DNA of 63,381 nucleotides, filler included, from Octopus bimaculoides (lineage: Eukaryota), in the NCBI RefSeq assembly GCF_001194135.2. It is 4 parts of 4 records of this genome, joined end to end, with 100 filler letters (N's around TTAATTAATTAA, not from the genome) between each part and the next. Parts side by side here need not be neighbours in the genome. Positions count along the whole stretch, not along the records: positions 47,273 to 60,327 come from NC_068988.1; positions 60,428 to 63,381 come from NC_068986.1; 2 more parts are not named here. One strand, given 5' to 3'. Position numbers and translations under genes: made by a program. The notes beneath the pieces were generated by a model. It made no database searches, had not been told where the DNA came from, and saw nothing but the letters and a program-made list of their open reading frames with translations. This document shows positions 50,393 through 62,054 of the stretch, in pieces. Position 1 is the stretch's first letter. Every line of letters begins with the position of its first letter.

Positions 50393-51509
50393 CTATATAC
50401 CTGGGTACGGGCTACACCCAGGGTACACCCAGGGTACACCCAGGGTACATCCCGCTCTCTTTAAATATAAATTAGGGATGCTTTGGGTTAATCAGTCTTA
50501 AATATACTGTACTTCGGAGACAGAAAATGGTATGATCACAGCTGGAATATCCTTGATTGCAGGTCTACTCGACTAGAAGTGACCTCGGGTTAAACAGCTG
50601 TTATAGCAACCGGCTTAAAAGTAACCAGATTGACATTGTGATGTAAAGGAACGGAGTTACATTACATCAACTTTGGGAAAATACGAACCAGCGATGCGTG
50701 ATTTATCGGCTGCCACCCTATTGACTCAACCAGCTGCGTCTCTTTATTGTCATTAATTCCCTTTTGTTGCCACACTTCTGATGAAATGTGTTTCAATTAA
50801 TTTTTGAAATTAATCAAGAATTTGGAAGAATTTAATAAAATGAATGATGTCATTAATTATGAAGACAGTGTTTGGGAAAGAATCTGAAAGAAAAAATCCT
50901 TGTGATGGAAAGTTTTAATATAAATACAAATTAGGTGAACCCAATTGAAATAGCATTAGATTAAAATAGCTATCCGTGTATCTTAATTAACGTATAAACA
51001 CCGTTGACAGGCAAGTTACTGCGATTTTCATTTGAGAGAAAATGTCTCCATAGACATGCTAGCTATTTTGATTTAATGCTGTTTCAATTGCGTACACCGA
51101 GTTTTTATTCAGCTCAGTGGTTATTCGGAATATCAGTGAATGTTCTATTTCCTTTATATCGGAGGGGACAGATTTCGTCTGGGCAAGTTAATAGCGAGCA
51201 TACGTCATTGAAAAGACTTAAGAACGCCGAAATGTATCTGGTGTTTTCATGAATCACTCCTGGGTCAGTTTTTCGTCTCGTTTCGATATAATGTAGTGTT
51301 TTTAATATATCATGACTATAAAGAGATGTATATCTCGGACAAAAATCCATTACAGCAGGCCTCTCAACGGTGTATATACGCTGAGCATATACATAATACA
51401 GAAATGGCAATAAATAAGAACATTTTTAAAACGAACAATTTTTGAATCCTAGAAGCTGGGACGATCTCGGGAAGGTTGATAACAAAATAACTAAAAATAA
51501 TAAAAACTG

Positions 51510-51665
51510 AGAGCATTGTGAAACTGGTACTTATTTAATCGACCCCGAAAGGATGAAAGGCAAAGTTGACCTCGGCGGAATTTCAACTCAGAACGTAGCG
51601 ACAGGCGAAATACCGTTAAACATTTCCTCTAGTGTGCTAGCTATTCTGCCAGCTCGCCGCCTTAT
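51510..51665 (-). mobile_element. SINE family B
   Basis: cgaccccgaaaggatgaaaggcaaagttgacctcggcggaatttcaactcagaacg. Confidence 0.85.
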
Positions 51666-52194
51666 GATGGCCGAAATATTGCCAAGAGTACTAGTTGGCG
51701 CAACTATATCAAAAATAACTGCTCTAGTTCTCATTAAAACAAAACGGAATAACCAATGCAGTTATTCAATTTTTGTAATGAAGTATATATTTTTTAGAAT
51801 TTGAATTCTTTTACCGAATTTAATTTTTTCTTTTCACTTTTAATCTGCCGAAAATTCCTCCCAAACATATCGGACCATTTCGTCAGATTATCCTACATCT
51901 ATTTTATCCACACCCTTTCAAAGAATTCTTCAGATGAGTTTTCGTCATGTTTTCCCCTTCCTCCACTTTTTTTTTTTACCATTTTTACCATTTTTTTGTT
52001 TTTGATAAGGCATATTTGCTTTTTTAATTATCGGAGTTGATTATATTTTCGCGATTCAAGTGTTGTTGTTATATAATGATGAATTCATACAATTATTTTA
52101 TGCTTCTTTGACGTGAGTCACCATTCTTCCTCACCCACTCTATTTCTTTCTCTCTCATACACACTTGCTCCTCTCTCTCTCTCATACACACTTA

Positions 52195-52239
<45 letters not shown>

Positions 52240-52387
52240 TTTCTTCCTCTCCTCTTTTAAAATGAAGCATTCTTCTTTAAAAAAAAATACGTAGACAATT
52301 TTAGAGATGAAATGATAAGTGTTTAGTTTTCCTCATAAATTTACGGAATTATTATTGAAGTGTTATAAAAAAGTTAGTCACTTCTAA

Positions 52388-52392
52388 TAATG

Positions 52393-52470
<78 letters not shown>

Positions 52471-52760
52471 GCCCTGATGCAGTACCAGGTAGTGACTTTC
52501 ATGGCTTCTGATCTTAATTGATTGGAAGTGTTATTATGTACATTGTTTTGTCTTGGTATAAAAGAGGGGTTGCAGCAAATATTCTGCTCAATACCACAGA
52601 TTTGCTTCTCAGTTGTTTGACCTTAACCAGTTGAGCATGTCCCTTGGTGGCTGACGATATGTGCATCTCTGATCATGAGCAGAAGTAGTGGGGGAGCATC
52701 ATAGCCATGTGTTGAGAGGAGTTCTTTGGAGGTTTGGATAATTCACCTTTGGAAACATTT
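52388..52760 (-). mobile_element. SINE family E with long (ATT)n tail
   Basis: An (AAT)n array is followed by gccctgatgcagtaccagg...gagcagaagtagtggggga...ttcacctttggaaaca. Confidence 0.7.
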
Positions 52761-52761
52761 T

Positions 52762-52850
52762 GGGGGAGGGAGCTAGTCGATTACATCGACCCCAGTATTC
52801 AACTGGTACTTGATTTATCGACCCTGAAAAGATGAAAGGCAAAGTCGATC
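52762..52850 (-). mobile_element. SINE family B fragment
   Basis: gtcgattacatcgacccc...gatgaaaggcaaagtcga. Confidence 0.75.
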
Positions 52851-52855
52851 TCGTC

Positions 52856-53125
52856 TATAATAATAAATGCCCTGATGCAAAACCAGGCAGTGGCTCTCTG
52901 ATCTTAACTAATCGGAAGTGTTAACATGTACATGTTCTATCTTGGTGTAAAAGATGAGATATAGAAAATATTCTGATCAATCCACAGATTTGCTTGTCAG
53001 TTCTTTGACCTGACCCACTTGATTATGTCCCTTAGTGATCACGAGCAGGAGTAGTGGGGAGAACATTATAACCATATGTTGAGAGGAATTCTTTAGAGTT
53101 TGAATAATTCACTTTTGGAAACATC
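52856..53125 (-). mobile_element. SINE family E, second diverged copy
   Basis: Co-linear with 52468-52760, with small deletions. Confidence 0.7.
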
Positions 53126-55102
53126 GCTGTTTCGTTCATCATCATTAAATAATCCTTATTCAGGGACCGTTTGAGAGAATAATGGGCTATTAAACTGGAA
53201 GAAAATTCTAACTGGGCCCCATCTGAACTATGTATGTTGGTATGAGATCACCATGTCGCGCACATATACCATATGTGCAAAATAACATTTTGCACAACAC
53301 CAATAAGATTTTCAACTACAAAACCAAAGAACCCAGAAACAAGCAAAAACAAGATGTTATTTCCTTCCAGAGGAATTTCCTTCTCCTAGAGATATGTCTA
53401 AGTAAAGACTAAGAGTCTTTTACTCCCAGCAGTTGGACGGCTGTCGATTCTACTGAGTTTAAACAACCTTTGACGGGTTTTTTTTCCTCCTGAAAGGTGT
53501 CCAGCGAAAAAACCCTTCTTACTAAGCAGGCTTGATTAGGGTTGACCATTTAATCGCCGACAGCCCGACCGTGTGACATGTTCGATTGGGCTACATGTTA
53601 CCAGTAACACAAGAGCGACCTGACACATACCAAACACACATTTTTATGCAAACATATAATACGTGTGTGTGTGTGCGTTTGCATAGATACACACATACAC
53701 ACAATATAACGATTAATATAGTGAAGACCTAACACTACATGTTTACGCACATTCCTTTGTGGACATCAATCGTCGCTTGTTTTCATTACTTGAACGTCTG
53801 CTTAACGAAGTCACATGATGCTTGTTACGTTTACATTAACTTTGTTTCAGATAATAATAATAATAATAATAATAATTATTATTATTATTACTTTTTTTCT
53901 TTTTTCAAGAATGCAATTTCTGTGATGAGTTTGGATTCTGGTGCTTTTGGGGATTCAATATATTCCGATCCTGAAATGTAATATCTTTTTGTTTTGAAAG
54001 AAATACGCGGTGGAGTGGGATAGGACAGTGGTGGTGAGGGTGATGGTAGTGGTCGGGGTAAATAATAACAATATTCTTTTCAATTTATCTCAATTCTGTG
54101 TTTTAAATATTTGTAATGAATAAAGGGGGAAAAAATAAATGTTTTACACTGGAAATAATAATTATTGTCGATGTTCTTGTCGATATTACTGCTCTCTCTC
54201 TTTTTTCTTTTTTCTTTTTCTAAAACATAATGGCTACGTATTTGAAATAATAACAAAACACAAAATTATTCTTTAAAAAATGCCTTCTCTTCAATCTTAA
54301 TCTTTAAATGATTTAATTACGAAAATAGGAAATAATATAATAAAATTTATAGGATTTAAAACGGAGGGGATTTTTTAAAGAAAAACTACAGGCCAATAGC
54401 CCAAACGCGTTTTACCGTTTCCAAATTTGTATGTCTGTGTGTATATGTACGTGCGTGTGTGTGTATGTATGAGCGTATATGTGTCTGANNNNNNNNNNNN
54501 NNNNNNNNNNNNNNNNNNNNNNNNNNNNNNNNNNNNNNNNNNNNNNNNNNNNNNNNNNNNNNNNNNNNNNNNNNNNNNNNNNNNNNNNNNNNNNNNNNNN
54601 NNNNNNNNNNNNNNNNNNNNNNNNNNNNNNNNNNNNNNNNNNNNNNNNNNNNNNNNNNNNNNNNNNNNNNNNNNNNNNNNNNNNNNNNNNNNNNNNNNNN
54701 NNNNNNNNNNNNNNNNNNNNNNNNNNNNNNNNNNNNNNNNNNNNNNNNNNNNNNNNNNNNNNNNNNNNNNNNNNNNNNNNNNNNNNNNNNNNNNNNNNNN
54801 NNNNNNNNNNNNNNNNNNNNNNNNNNNNNNNNNNNNNNNNNNNNNNNNNNNNNNNNNNNNNNNNNNNNNNNNNNNNNNNNNNNNNNNNNNNNNNNNNNNN
54901 NNNNNNNNNNNNNNNNNNNNNNNNNNNNNNNNNNNNNNNNNNNNNNNNNNNNNNNNNNNNNNNNNNNNNNNNNNNNNNNNNNNNNNNNNNNNNNNNNNNN
55001 NNNNNNNNNNNNNNNNNNNNNNNNNNNNNNNNNNNNNNNNNNNNNNNNNNNNNNNNNNNNNNNNNNNNNNNNNNNNNNNNNNNNNNNNNNNNNNNNNNNN
55101 NN

Positions 55103-55490
55103 TCTCCTCCTTCTCCCCCTTCTTCTTCTTCTTCTTCTTCTTCTTCTTCTTCTTCTTCTTCTTCTTCTTCTTCCGTTCTTCCTTCCTTTTTTACTTTCCC
55201 TCCCTTTTAACTCTCCCTCCTCCCCTCTTGTTCCTCTTCTTGTTCCTCTTCTTGTTCCTCTTCTTGTTCCTCTCTCCCTCCTTTCTCTCCCTCCTCCCCT
55301 CTTCCTCCTCTCCCTTCTCCCCTCTCCTTCCTCTCCCTCCTCCCCTCTTCTTCCTCTCCCTCTCTTCTTTCTCTCCCTCCCTTCTTTCTCTCCCTCCTCC
55401 CCTTTTCTTTCTTCCCCTCTCCCTTCTTCTTCCTCTCCCTCCTACCTTCTTCTTCCCCTCTTCTTCTTCACTTTCCTTTCTCTCCTGTGT
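55103..55490 (+). repeat. (CTT)n / pyrimidine-rich low complexity
   Basis: Visible composition. Confidence 0.9.
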
Positions 55491-55699
55491 ATCATTGTAA
55501 TGTTCATTACGGATCTGGCAGACAAGTAATAAAAACTATACTTTGCTGAAGAGGCATAATAGCATAAGGAACAAAACAGGTCTAGAATTGTCACTGAGCT
55601 AAGTCAAACATGAGATTGACAATTTAACAATAACACTTGTATCAATATACTTTTCCTTCTTAGCGCATCTGTTTCTAATTTTATTCAACTGAGATATTT

Positions 55700-56080
55700 C
55701 AAAATTGTAAACCCATTTCGATTACTTGAGATGATGAGTTGTCGCCCCTACTTGTCTTGAGTAAATGTCAATATTGATCTAATGTTTGTTTCTGGTCAAT
55801 GCCAGAAAACTCTTGGTTAATTGAACCTTCGTTGTTCGCCACATTAAGTGCGTTAGCGCTTGCTTTATAATTAACAGTGGCTGGATATCGAATTTCGATA
55901 ACTTAAGATGCTGTACCATTCAATAGAGTCACCAATAAAGATATTGTTTCGTCGAAGTTTCTGACAAGTGTGAACATCTATGGATATAGTCAATATTTCG
56001 ATCGGTTCCTTTATAAGGCAGAGAATGCGTAACATATTGAAATGGAATGGATCTGAGTTATTACAAAATGTGTACAAGAT
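55700..56080 (-). mobile_element. Possible degenerate PIF1-like helicase remnant (Helitron?)
   Basis: FTLVRNFDETISLLVTLLNGT..VIEIRYP loosely resembles VMLxRNxD...LVNGxxGxV. Downstream motifs are absent. Confidence 0.22.
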
Positions 56081-56131
56081 TTGTTCCCTACATCCGATTT
56101 TCGTGTAAGTCAGCCACCTCGCATAATCGAT

Positions 56132-56154
56132 GGGTTAGGGTTAGGGTTAGGGTT
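56132..56154 (+). repeat. Short interstitial (TTAGGG)3
   Basis: gggttagggttagggttagggtt. Confidence 0.7.
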
Positions 56155-56250
56155 CCTTGACCATTTTTATTCCACGCCCGGCTTTGATATTTCCCCAAAA
56201 GATAAATGTGCGTCTTACCAGGAACAGACAAAATTAGTATATAACATACA

Positions 56251-56286
<36 letters not shown>

Positions 56287-57239
56287 TATATANNNNNNNN
56301 NNNNNNNNNNNNNNNNNNNNNNNNNNNNNNNNNNNNNNNNNNNNNNNNNNNNNNNNNNNNNNNNNNNNNNNNNNNNNNNNNNNNNNNNNNNNNNNNNNNN
56401 NNNNNNNNNNNNNNNNNNNNNNNNNNNNNNNNNNNNNNNNNNNNNNNNNNNNNNNNNNNNNNNNNNNNNNNNNNNNNNNNNNNNNNNNNNNNNNNNNNNN
56501 NNNNNNNNNNNNNNNNNNNNNNNNNNNNNNNNNNNNNNNNNNNNNNNNNNNNNNNNNNNNNNNNNNNNNNNNNNNNNNNNNNNNNNNNNNNNNNNNNNNN
56601 NNNNNNNNNNNNNNNNNNNNNNNNNNNNNNNNNNNNNNNNNNNNNNNNNNNNNNNNNNNNNNNNNNNNNNNNNNNNNNNNNNNNNNNNNNNNNNNNNNNN
56701 NNNNNNNNNNNNNNNNNNNNNNNNNNNNNNNNNNNNNNNNNNNNNNNNNNNNNNNNNNNNNNNNNNNNNNNNNNNNNNNNNNNNNNNNNNNNNNNNNNNN
56801 NNNNNNNNNNNNNNNNNNNNNNNNNNNNNNNNNNNNNNNNNNNNNNNNNNNNNNNNNNNNNNNNNNNNNNNNNNNNNNNNNNNNNNNNNNNNNNNNNNNN
56901 NNNNNNNNNNNNNNNNNNNNNNNNNNNNNNNNNNNNNNNNNNNNNNNNNNNNNNNNNNNNNNNNNNNNNNNNNNNNNNNNNNNNNNNNNNNNNNNNNNNN
57001 NNNNNNNNNNNNNNNNNNNNNNNNNNNNNNNNNNNNNNNNNNNNNNNNNNNNNNNNNNNNNNNNNNNNNNNNATATATGTATGTATGTATGTATGTATGT
57101 ATATATAAATACAGTGTACATTTAAACACATAAGAGATGGCCATAATAGGACATCTAACCCGCTAGAAGGAGTAGTTAACGTCCAAGCCACTATTACTGG
57201 TAATGGTTTTATTTTTCATTATATATATATGTATATTCT

Positions 57240-57325
57240 TGTATTTGTTTTAGTAACTTGACTGTAGCCATGCTGGAGCACCACCTTCAGTCGAACAAAT
57301 CGACCCTAAGACTTATTCTTTGTTT
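57240..57325 (-). mobile_element. SINE family A, 3' fragment
   Basis: gccatgctggagcacc.ccttcagtcga.caaatcgaccc is the reverse complement of the family A tail. Confidence 0.75.
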
Positions 57326-58189
57326 TTGTTGAATAAAATTTGTTGAAAAGAAGCCGCAATAATTATGCACCAACCCAATAATTATGTTTTAGTGGAATTT
57401 AACACAAAAAAAAACAACAACAAAAATACATATGATTATAGAACCCGGAATTAGAAACTCTATAAACGGCACAGTTATTTATGCATTGCCAGGTAGAGAA
57501 AACAGAATGCTGAGAAGAAAAAGGAACTTAAATAAAAACCAAACTCGTCTGTCCTCATCACAACTCTCACCTGGACGAAGTAATTAAAAGTAAATAAAAA
57601 GTAGAAAAAAAAACATTGCTTTTAAAAACTCGATCTTAAAGAAGAATGCTGTCTATTCAGTTGGTAAAATAGATACGGTGGCTGTCCTTAGAATTAACAA
57701 TGTTGATTGGAAACTAACAATGGTTGAGATCTTATAATATAAGGAGTGCTACACAAAAGAATCGATACCATTCTCGCTGTCATTAATGTGAAATCAATTG
57801 TAATCATCTCTCTATATGATCTGCAGCTTATGTGGCGCCCAAACTAGGTTAGTTTGTTGTATATCAACTCCTAATTATCCGCATCAAATAATTTCAGGCC
57901 TACCATTACACACAAAAAAAATAAAGGGGAAAAAATGGAGAAGCAAAAATACAAAAAGTTTATTTTCATCTTATGCTTATCTCTTCTATTGACCGAGAAA
58001 ATAAAATAGTCCGGCCTTCCCAACTGACCACTGTTCATCATAAATAAACTCTCTATTGGCTCGTCTACTGGACTGGACTGGACTGGACATTAACTGTAGC
58101 CACTTTCAGAAAATATATAATGTTAACTACCGACGCCAATGTTGCTATTGTTGATATTGTTACCGCTTATGCCATCGTTGTCGCTTTCG

Positions 58190-58232
58190 TCGTCGTTGTT
58201 GTTGTTGTTGTTGTTGTTGCTGTTGTTGTTGC

Positions 58233-58264
<32 letters not shown>

Positions 58265-58420
58265 TCTCTTCTCTCTTTGTTAACGTGGATCGGCAGAACT
58301 GGTTGAGCGTCGGGCAAAAAGTCCCCTTGATATTTAGTTACGCCCCCTTTACACTCTGCGTTCAATTCTCGACCTGGTCAACTTTCACTTTTATTCTTCC
58401 GGGTGTCGATAACAAGTGAC
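58190..58420 (+). mobile_element. (GTT)n array followed by a diverged family B SINE
   Basis: gcgttcaattc..gacctggtcaacttt.actttt.ttc.tcc.gg.gtcgataa. Confidence 0.5.
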
Positions 58421-59024
58421 TCCAATCATATACTAATACCAACCTGTTACCAGTTCAAGTATGCTTTAGACATATTCGAACCCGTTAGAAAGTAACTCAC
58501 AGCAGTTTGTCGTGGAGAAAATTTCTCGCTGTCGACAGAAAGGTGTAAACAGATCAAATCAGTTCGAAGTGCACTCTCACCAGACTGATGGATGTATGCA
58601 TTTCGGAGTGGTTATCTCTTCTTCAGCATCAGATACCAGGAAGGGAAATGTTACGAACTAACAGACAAGAAATGGAAATCTCTTATATTCTCGTCATTGT
58701 GCTGTGACTGGTTATAAGGAGCAGAAGCGCTAAACAGTGATGTATATAAATATAAACTTGTTAGCAGTTCGAATATGCGTGAGATATATTCGAACCCTGT
58801 AAGAAAGCTAATCACTGCATTTTCTCATGGAGGAACTCATCGTAGGCAACTAGGTGTAAATACTTCAAATCACAGTACTTTGACTGGAATAGAATAAGAG
58901 AGACTTGGTCTCTCGTAGTCAGTTCGATACTGAAGAGGAGATAATTAGATGCATGCGTCCAACGCCTGGGTAGAAGGCATCCCGGGTCTACTTGGTGTGT
59001 TTAGCGAAACATTTTCTCTATAAC

Positions 59025-59295
59025 AAGTGGTTAGGATGTTGCACTCATGATCTCTAGGTCGTGGATTCGATTCCCGGATCAGGTAGCGTGTTGTGTATCT
59101 GTGTTTGTCCTCCTACCATCGCTTGACAACCGATGTTGGTGTGTTTACGTCCCCCGTAAGGTAGCAGTTCGGCAAAAGACACCGATAGAATAAGTACTAG
59201 GCTTACAAAGAATAAGTGTCCTGGGGTCGATTTGCACGACTAAAGGCAGTGCTCCAGCATGGCCGCAATCAAAATGACTGAAACAAGTAAAACAA
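59025..59295 (+). mobile_element. SINE: tRNA-like head plus family A 3' half
   Basis: gtggttagg...ggattcgattcccgg, then cgcttgacaaccgatgttggtgtg...cagcatggccgc...gactgaaac. Confidence 0.75.
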
Positions 59296-59404
59296 TAAAA
59301 GAAAAATCGTTAAATAATGTATTTAATAAAATATATATAAAAAAAACAATCCTCCTGTATTGGTAGTATTTATGGATAGATGAGGGGGTGGGAGATGTGT
59401 ATAG

Positions 59405-59670
59405 GTATGTGTGTCATTGTGTCTGTGTGTTTGGCCCTCTTCCCACTGCTTGACAAACGGTGCTGGCTTGTTTACGTCCCCGTAACATAACGGTTCGACA
59501 AAAGCGTGTGATAAAATAAATACCAGACGCGTTAAAAACAAACAAACAAACAAACAAACAAACAAGTATTGGTGGTGGTGGAGGTGGTGGGACGGATCGA
59601 TCTCTTTGACTAAAACTTTTCAAAGTGATACCCCAGTATGGCCGCAGTCCAATGACTGAAACAAGGTAAA
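59405..59670 (+). mobile_element. SINE family A 3' half with (AAAC)n insert
   Basis: ctgcttgacaa...ccccgtaac...cagtatggccgcagtccaatgactgaaac. Confidence 0.75.
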
Positions 59671-60086
59671 CGATAAAAAAAAAAAAACGACTTACCCTGG
59701 TAATGTTTACATATTCGAACGTGATTTTCTGGCCAAGCAAAGTCGCCATCTTAACGACTTAGCAAGGCGATGTCAAAATGACACAAGCAGTATGAACAGT
59801 ATGAAGCAATTAGATCGCTTTTATATAAATTCTTTGGGATATAAAACACGTCTTGACTATTATAGTTTGTTTTTAGTTTTCTTGCCTCACAATCTCCATC
59901 AGTCGTTTTATTTTTCGAGGTTTTTCTTTCTTCTTATTTATTTGAATTGTTCAATAAAATGGAGAACATAAAAGGACGCCGTTATTTTCATTGCCTAGTT
60001 TCACTCCCAGCGCATCTTCCATCAACCCTTTCTCTGCAGTTCTTCCACTTATGTTTTTGGTGTTGTTGCTGCTGTTGTTGCTGTAG

Positions 60087-60327
60087 TTCTTCTTCTTCTT
60101 CTTCTTCTTCTTCTTCTTCTTCTTCTTCTTCTTCTTCTTCTTCTTCTTCTTCTTTTCTTCTTCTTCTTCTTCTTCTTCTTCTTCTTCTTCTTCTTCTTCT
60201 TCTTCTTCTCCTTCTTCTTCTTCTTTTCTTCTTCTTCTTCTTCTTCTTCTTCTTCTTCTCCTCCTTCTTCTTCTCCTTCTTCTTCTTCTTCTTCTTCTTC
60301 TTCTTCTTCTTCCTCCACCTCCTCTCC
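60087..60327 (+). repeat. (CTT)n microsatellite
   Basis: Gives the poly-S/L/F/E/K ORFs. Confidence 0.95.
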
Positions 60328-60427
60328 NNNNNNNNNNNNNNNNNNNNNNNNNNNNNNNNNNNNNNNNNNNNTTAATTAATTAANNNNNNNNNNNNNNNNN
60401 NNNNNNNNNNNNNNNNNNNNNNNNNNN
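60328..60427. other. Artificial scaffold join N44-TTAATTAATTAA-N44
   Basis: Same 100-bp structure, linker at 60372-60383. Confidence 0.92.
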
Positions 60428-60618
60428 TATATATATATATAATACATATATGTATGTATGTATATATATGTATGTATGTTTATATGTGTGTGCGTGTGCG
60501 TGTGTGCGTGTGTTAAAGAGACTTGTTGGGTAAGGCGGGAACAATTCGAGAAGATATAAAGTAAACTACAAAAAAGAAAACAAAACAAAGTTGAAGTTTT
60601 TTTCCTTATATTTCTATA

Positions 60619-60643
60619 TTTCTAGCTATGACCCCTTCTTCAG
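60619..60643 (-). ncRNA. Possible degenerate minimal hammerhead ribozyme core
   Basis: Minus strand ctgaaga-aggggtcatagcta-gaaa lies just 3' of the PLE endonuclease end. Stem II is imperfect. Confidence 0.3.
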
Positions 60644-61339
60644 GACATGTGGAAAAGCGAGGGATGGAAAAGATCGTTGCTCAGATATGTTGGGGAAGAA
60701 GGTGGCATGCGTAGACCGGTGTTTTTATAGTAACCAATCTGGTTGTCATGTAGTTCTTTTCTGTTGTTTACAGCTGGTCTCAGTTTGTTGATAAGAAGGA
60801 CCTCCATGATTCTGAAATTGCTTCAGCTTCGTTGAGTGGGCCTCATGGATACCTTGAAATTATGGGTCTAGCACTTCTTTAGGTGTTTTTAATTGAAGCG
60901 TTTGTATGCATATGTTCTTTGATTCGAATGTTCAATGTGCTGGTGATGCTCCCAACGTCGAGTGCCCCATATTTTCTGCAGACAACCTCGTATACTACAT
61001 AGGCCCTTGAGTGTATTTTGAAGTCGTCGATGAGGCAATTGGATATCGTGCATCCCACGGCGCTATTTGTGGTATTATTGTTAGACAGAAATTTCCTTCG
61101 GAATGGACAAGTGTGTACCATCTGTATGTTGAATCCCTTCCTGCAGATTGTATATTGTATAGCACCATTGGTTCTGTCATCGAAATAGGGTAGTTTAAGG
61201 AAGCACATGTCAGACTTGGGATCATGGGCCCTTGGGATTATGGGCCCATGTGATATACGAAGTAGTCTGTTGTTGTAGTCTTAGTATTGGGGTCGGTTCT
61301 TCTCTCTATTTCTATCAATGTCTTTCTTTCTGGACTGTA

Positions 61340-61562
61340 CGAGGTGGGTGCTGAAAATTTCTTGGTTTTAAGGGTGTCGCGAAATACCTGGATGGAGGTC
61401 CAACCTTCCAAGTTCTTTTATGGGGCTTAGAAAAACTGAAGGCCCGCTTCAATAAGTGTGTGAATCTGATAGGGAATATGTTGAATAAAATCATAATTAA
61501 CTGATCCTCCTGTATTTTCTTTTACCCAAAGCCAAGAACTTTTCAGCAGCCCACCCCACTCG
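61340..61562 (+). mobile_element. Mariner-derived MITE with TA TSD
   Basis: ta|cgaggtgggtgctgaaaatttcttggtttt ... aaagccaagaacttttcagcagcccaccccactcg|ta. The internal part encodes FYMGLEKLKARFNKCVNLIGEYVE*, a mariner C-terminus. Confidence 0.85.
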
Positions 61563-61828
61563 TACAAGTGATTCTTATGCCCAACCGTTCCACATTGCAT
61601 CAATTAAATCAACCGTTTGGTATGTATCCCTACCTTATGTCTCACATCAGCCAATTTCTTCCTTGAGGACATGAAAGAATCAACCAGAGTACTGGTATGT
61701 ACTTTATAGATCAAAAGCGATGAAAAACAAAGTTAATCTCGCTAGGATTTAAGAGAAATTTGGCTGCTATCTCTAACATGCCCGAATGAGAGCTGAAGAA
61801 GTACCGTCACTGGGTGTCCCTGTCGTAT

Positions 61829-61860
<32 letters not shown>

Positions 61861-62054
61861 CATACATATATATATACATACATATATATATATATATATA
61901 CATACATATATATATATATATATANNNNNNNNNNNNNNNNNNNNNNNNNNNNNNNNNNNNNNNNNNNNNNNNNNNNNNNNNNNNNNNNNNNNNNNNNNNN
62001 NNNNNNNNNNNNNNNNNNNNNNNNNNNNNNNNNNNNNNNNNNNNNTACAATATT

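Larger units (their letters stand above)
60600..61680 (-). mobile_element. Penelope-like 3' remnant (GIY-YIG), interrupted by a mariner MITE
   Basis: ORF 60879..61208 FLKLPY...VVYEVVCRKYGALDVGSITSTLNIRIKEHM, then RIMEVLLINKLRPAVNNRKE. Confidence 0.8.

Noticed and set aside
56132-56154. Chromosome end
   Set aside because: Only three units, internal, with ordinary sequence on both sides.
4110-57191. Long ORFs of 120-380 aa containing X runs
   Set aside because: They are open only because N gaps contain no stops.
58455-58890. Apparent ~320-bp direct duplication (atattcgaaccc.t.agaaag)
   Set aside because: Both look like decayed copies of a dispersed repeat also seen near 17050, 48355 and 57155, not a specific structure.
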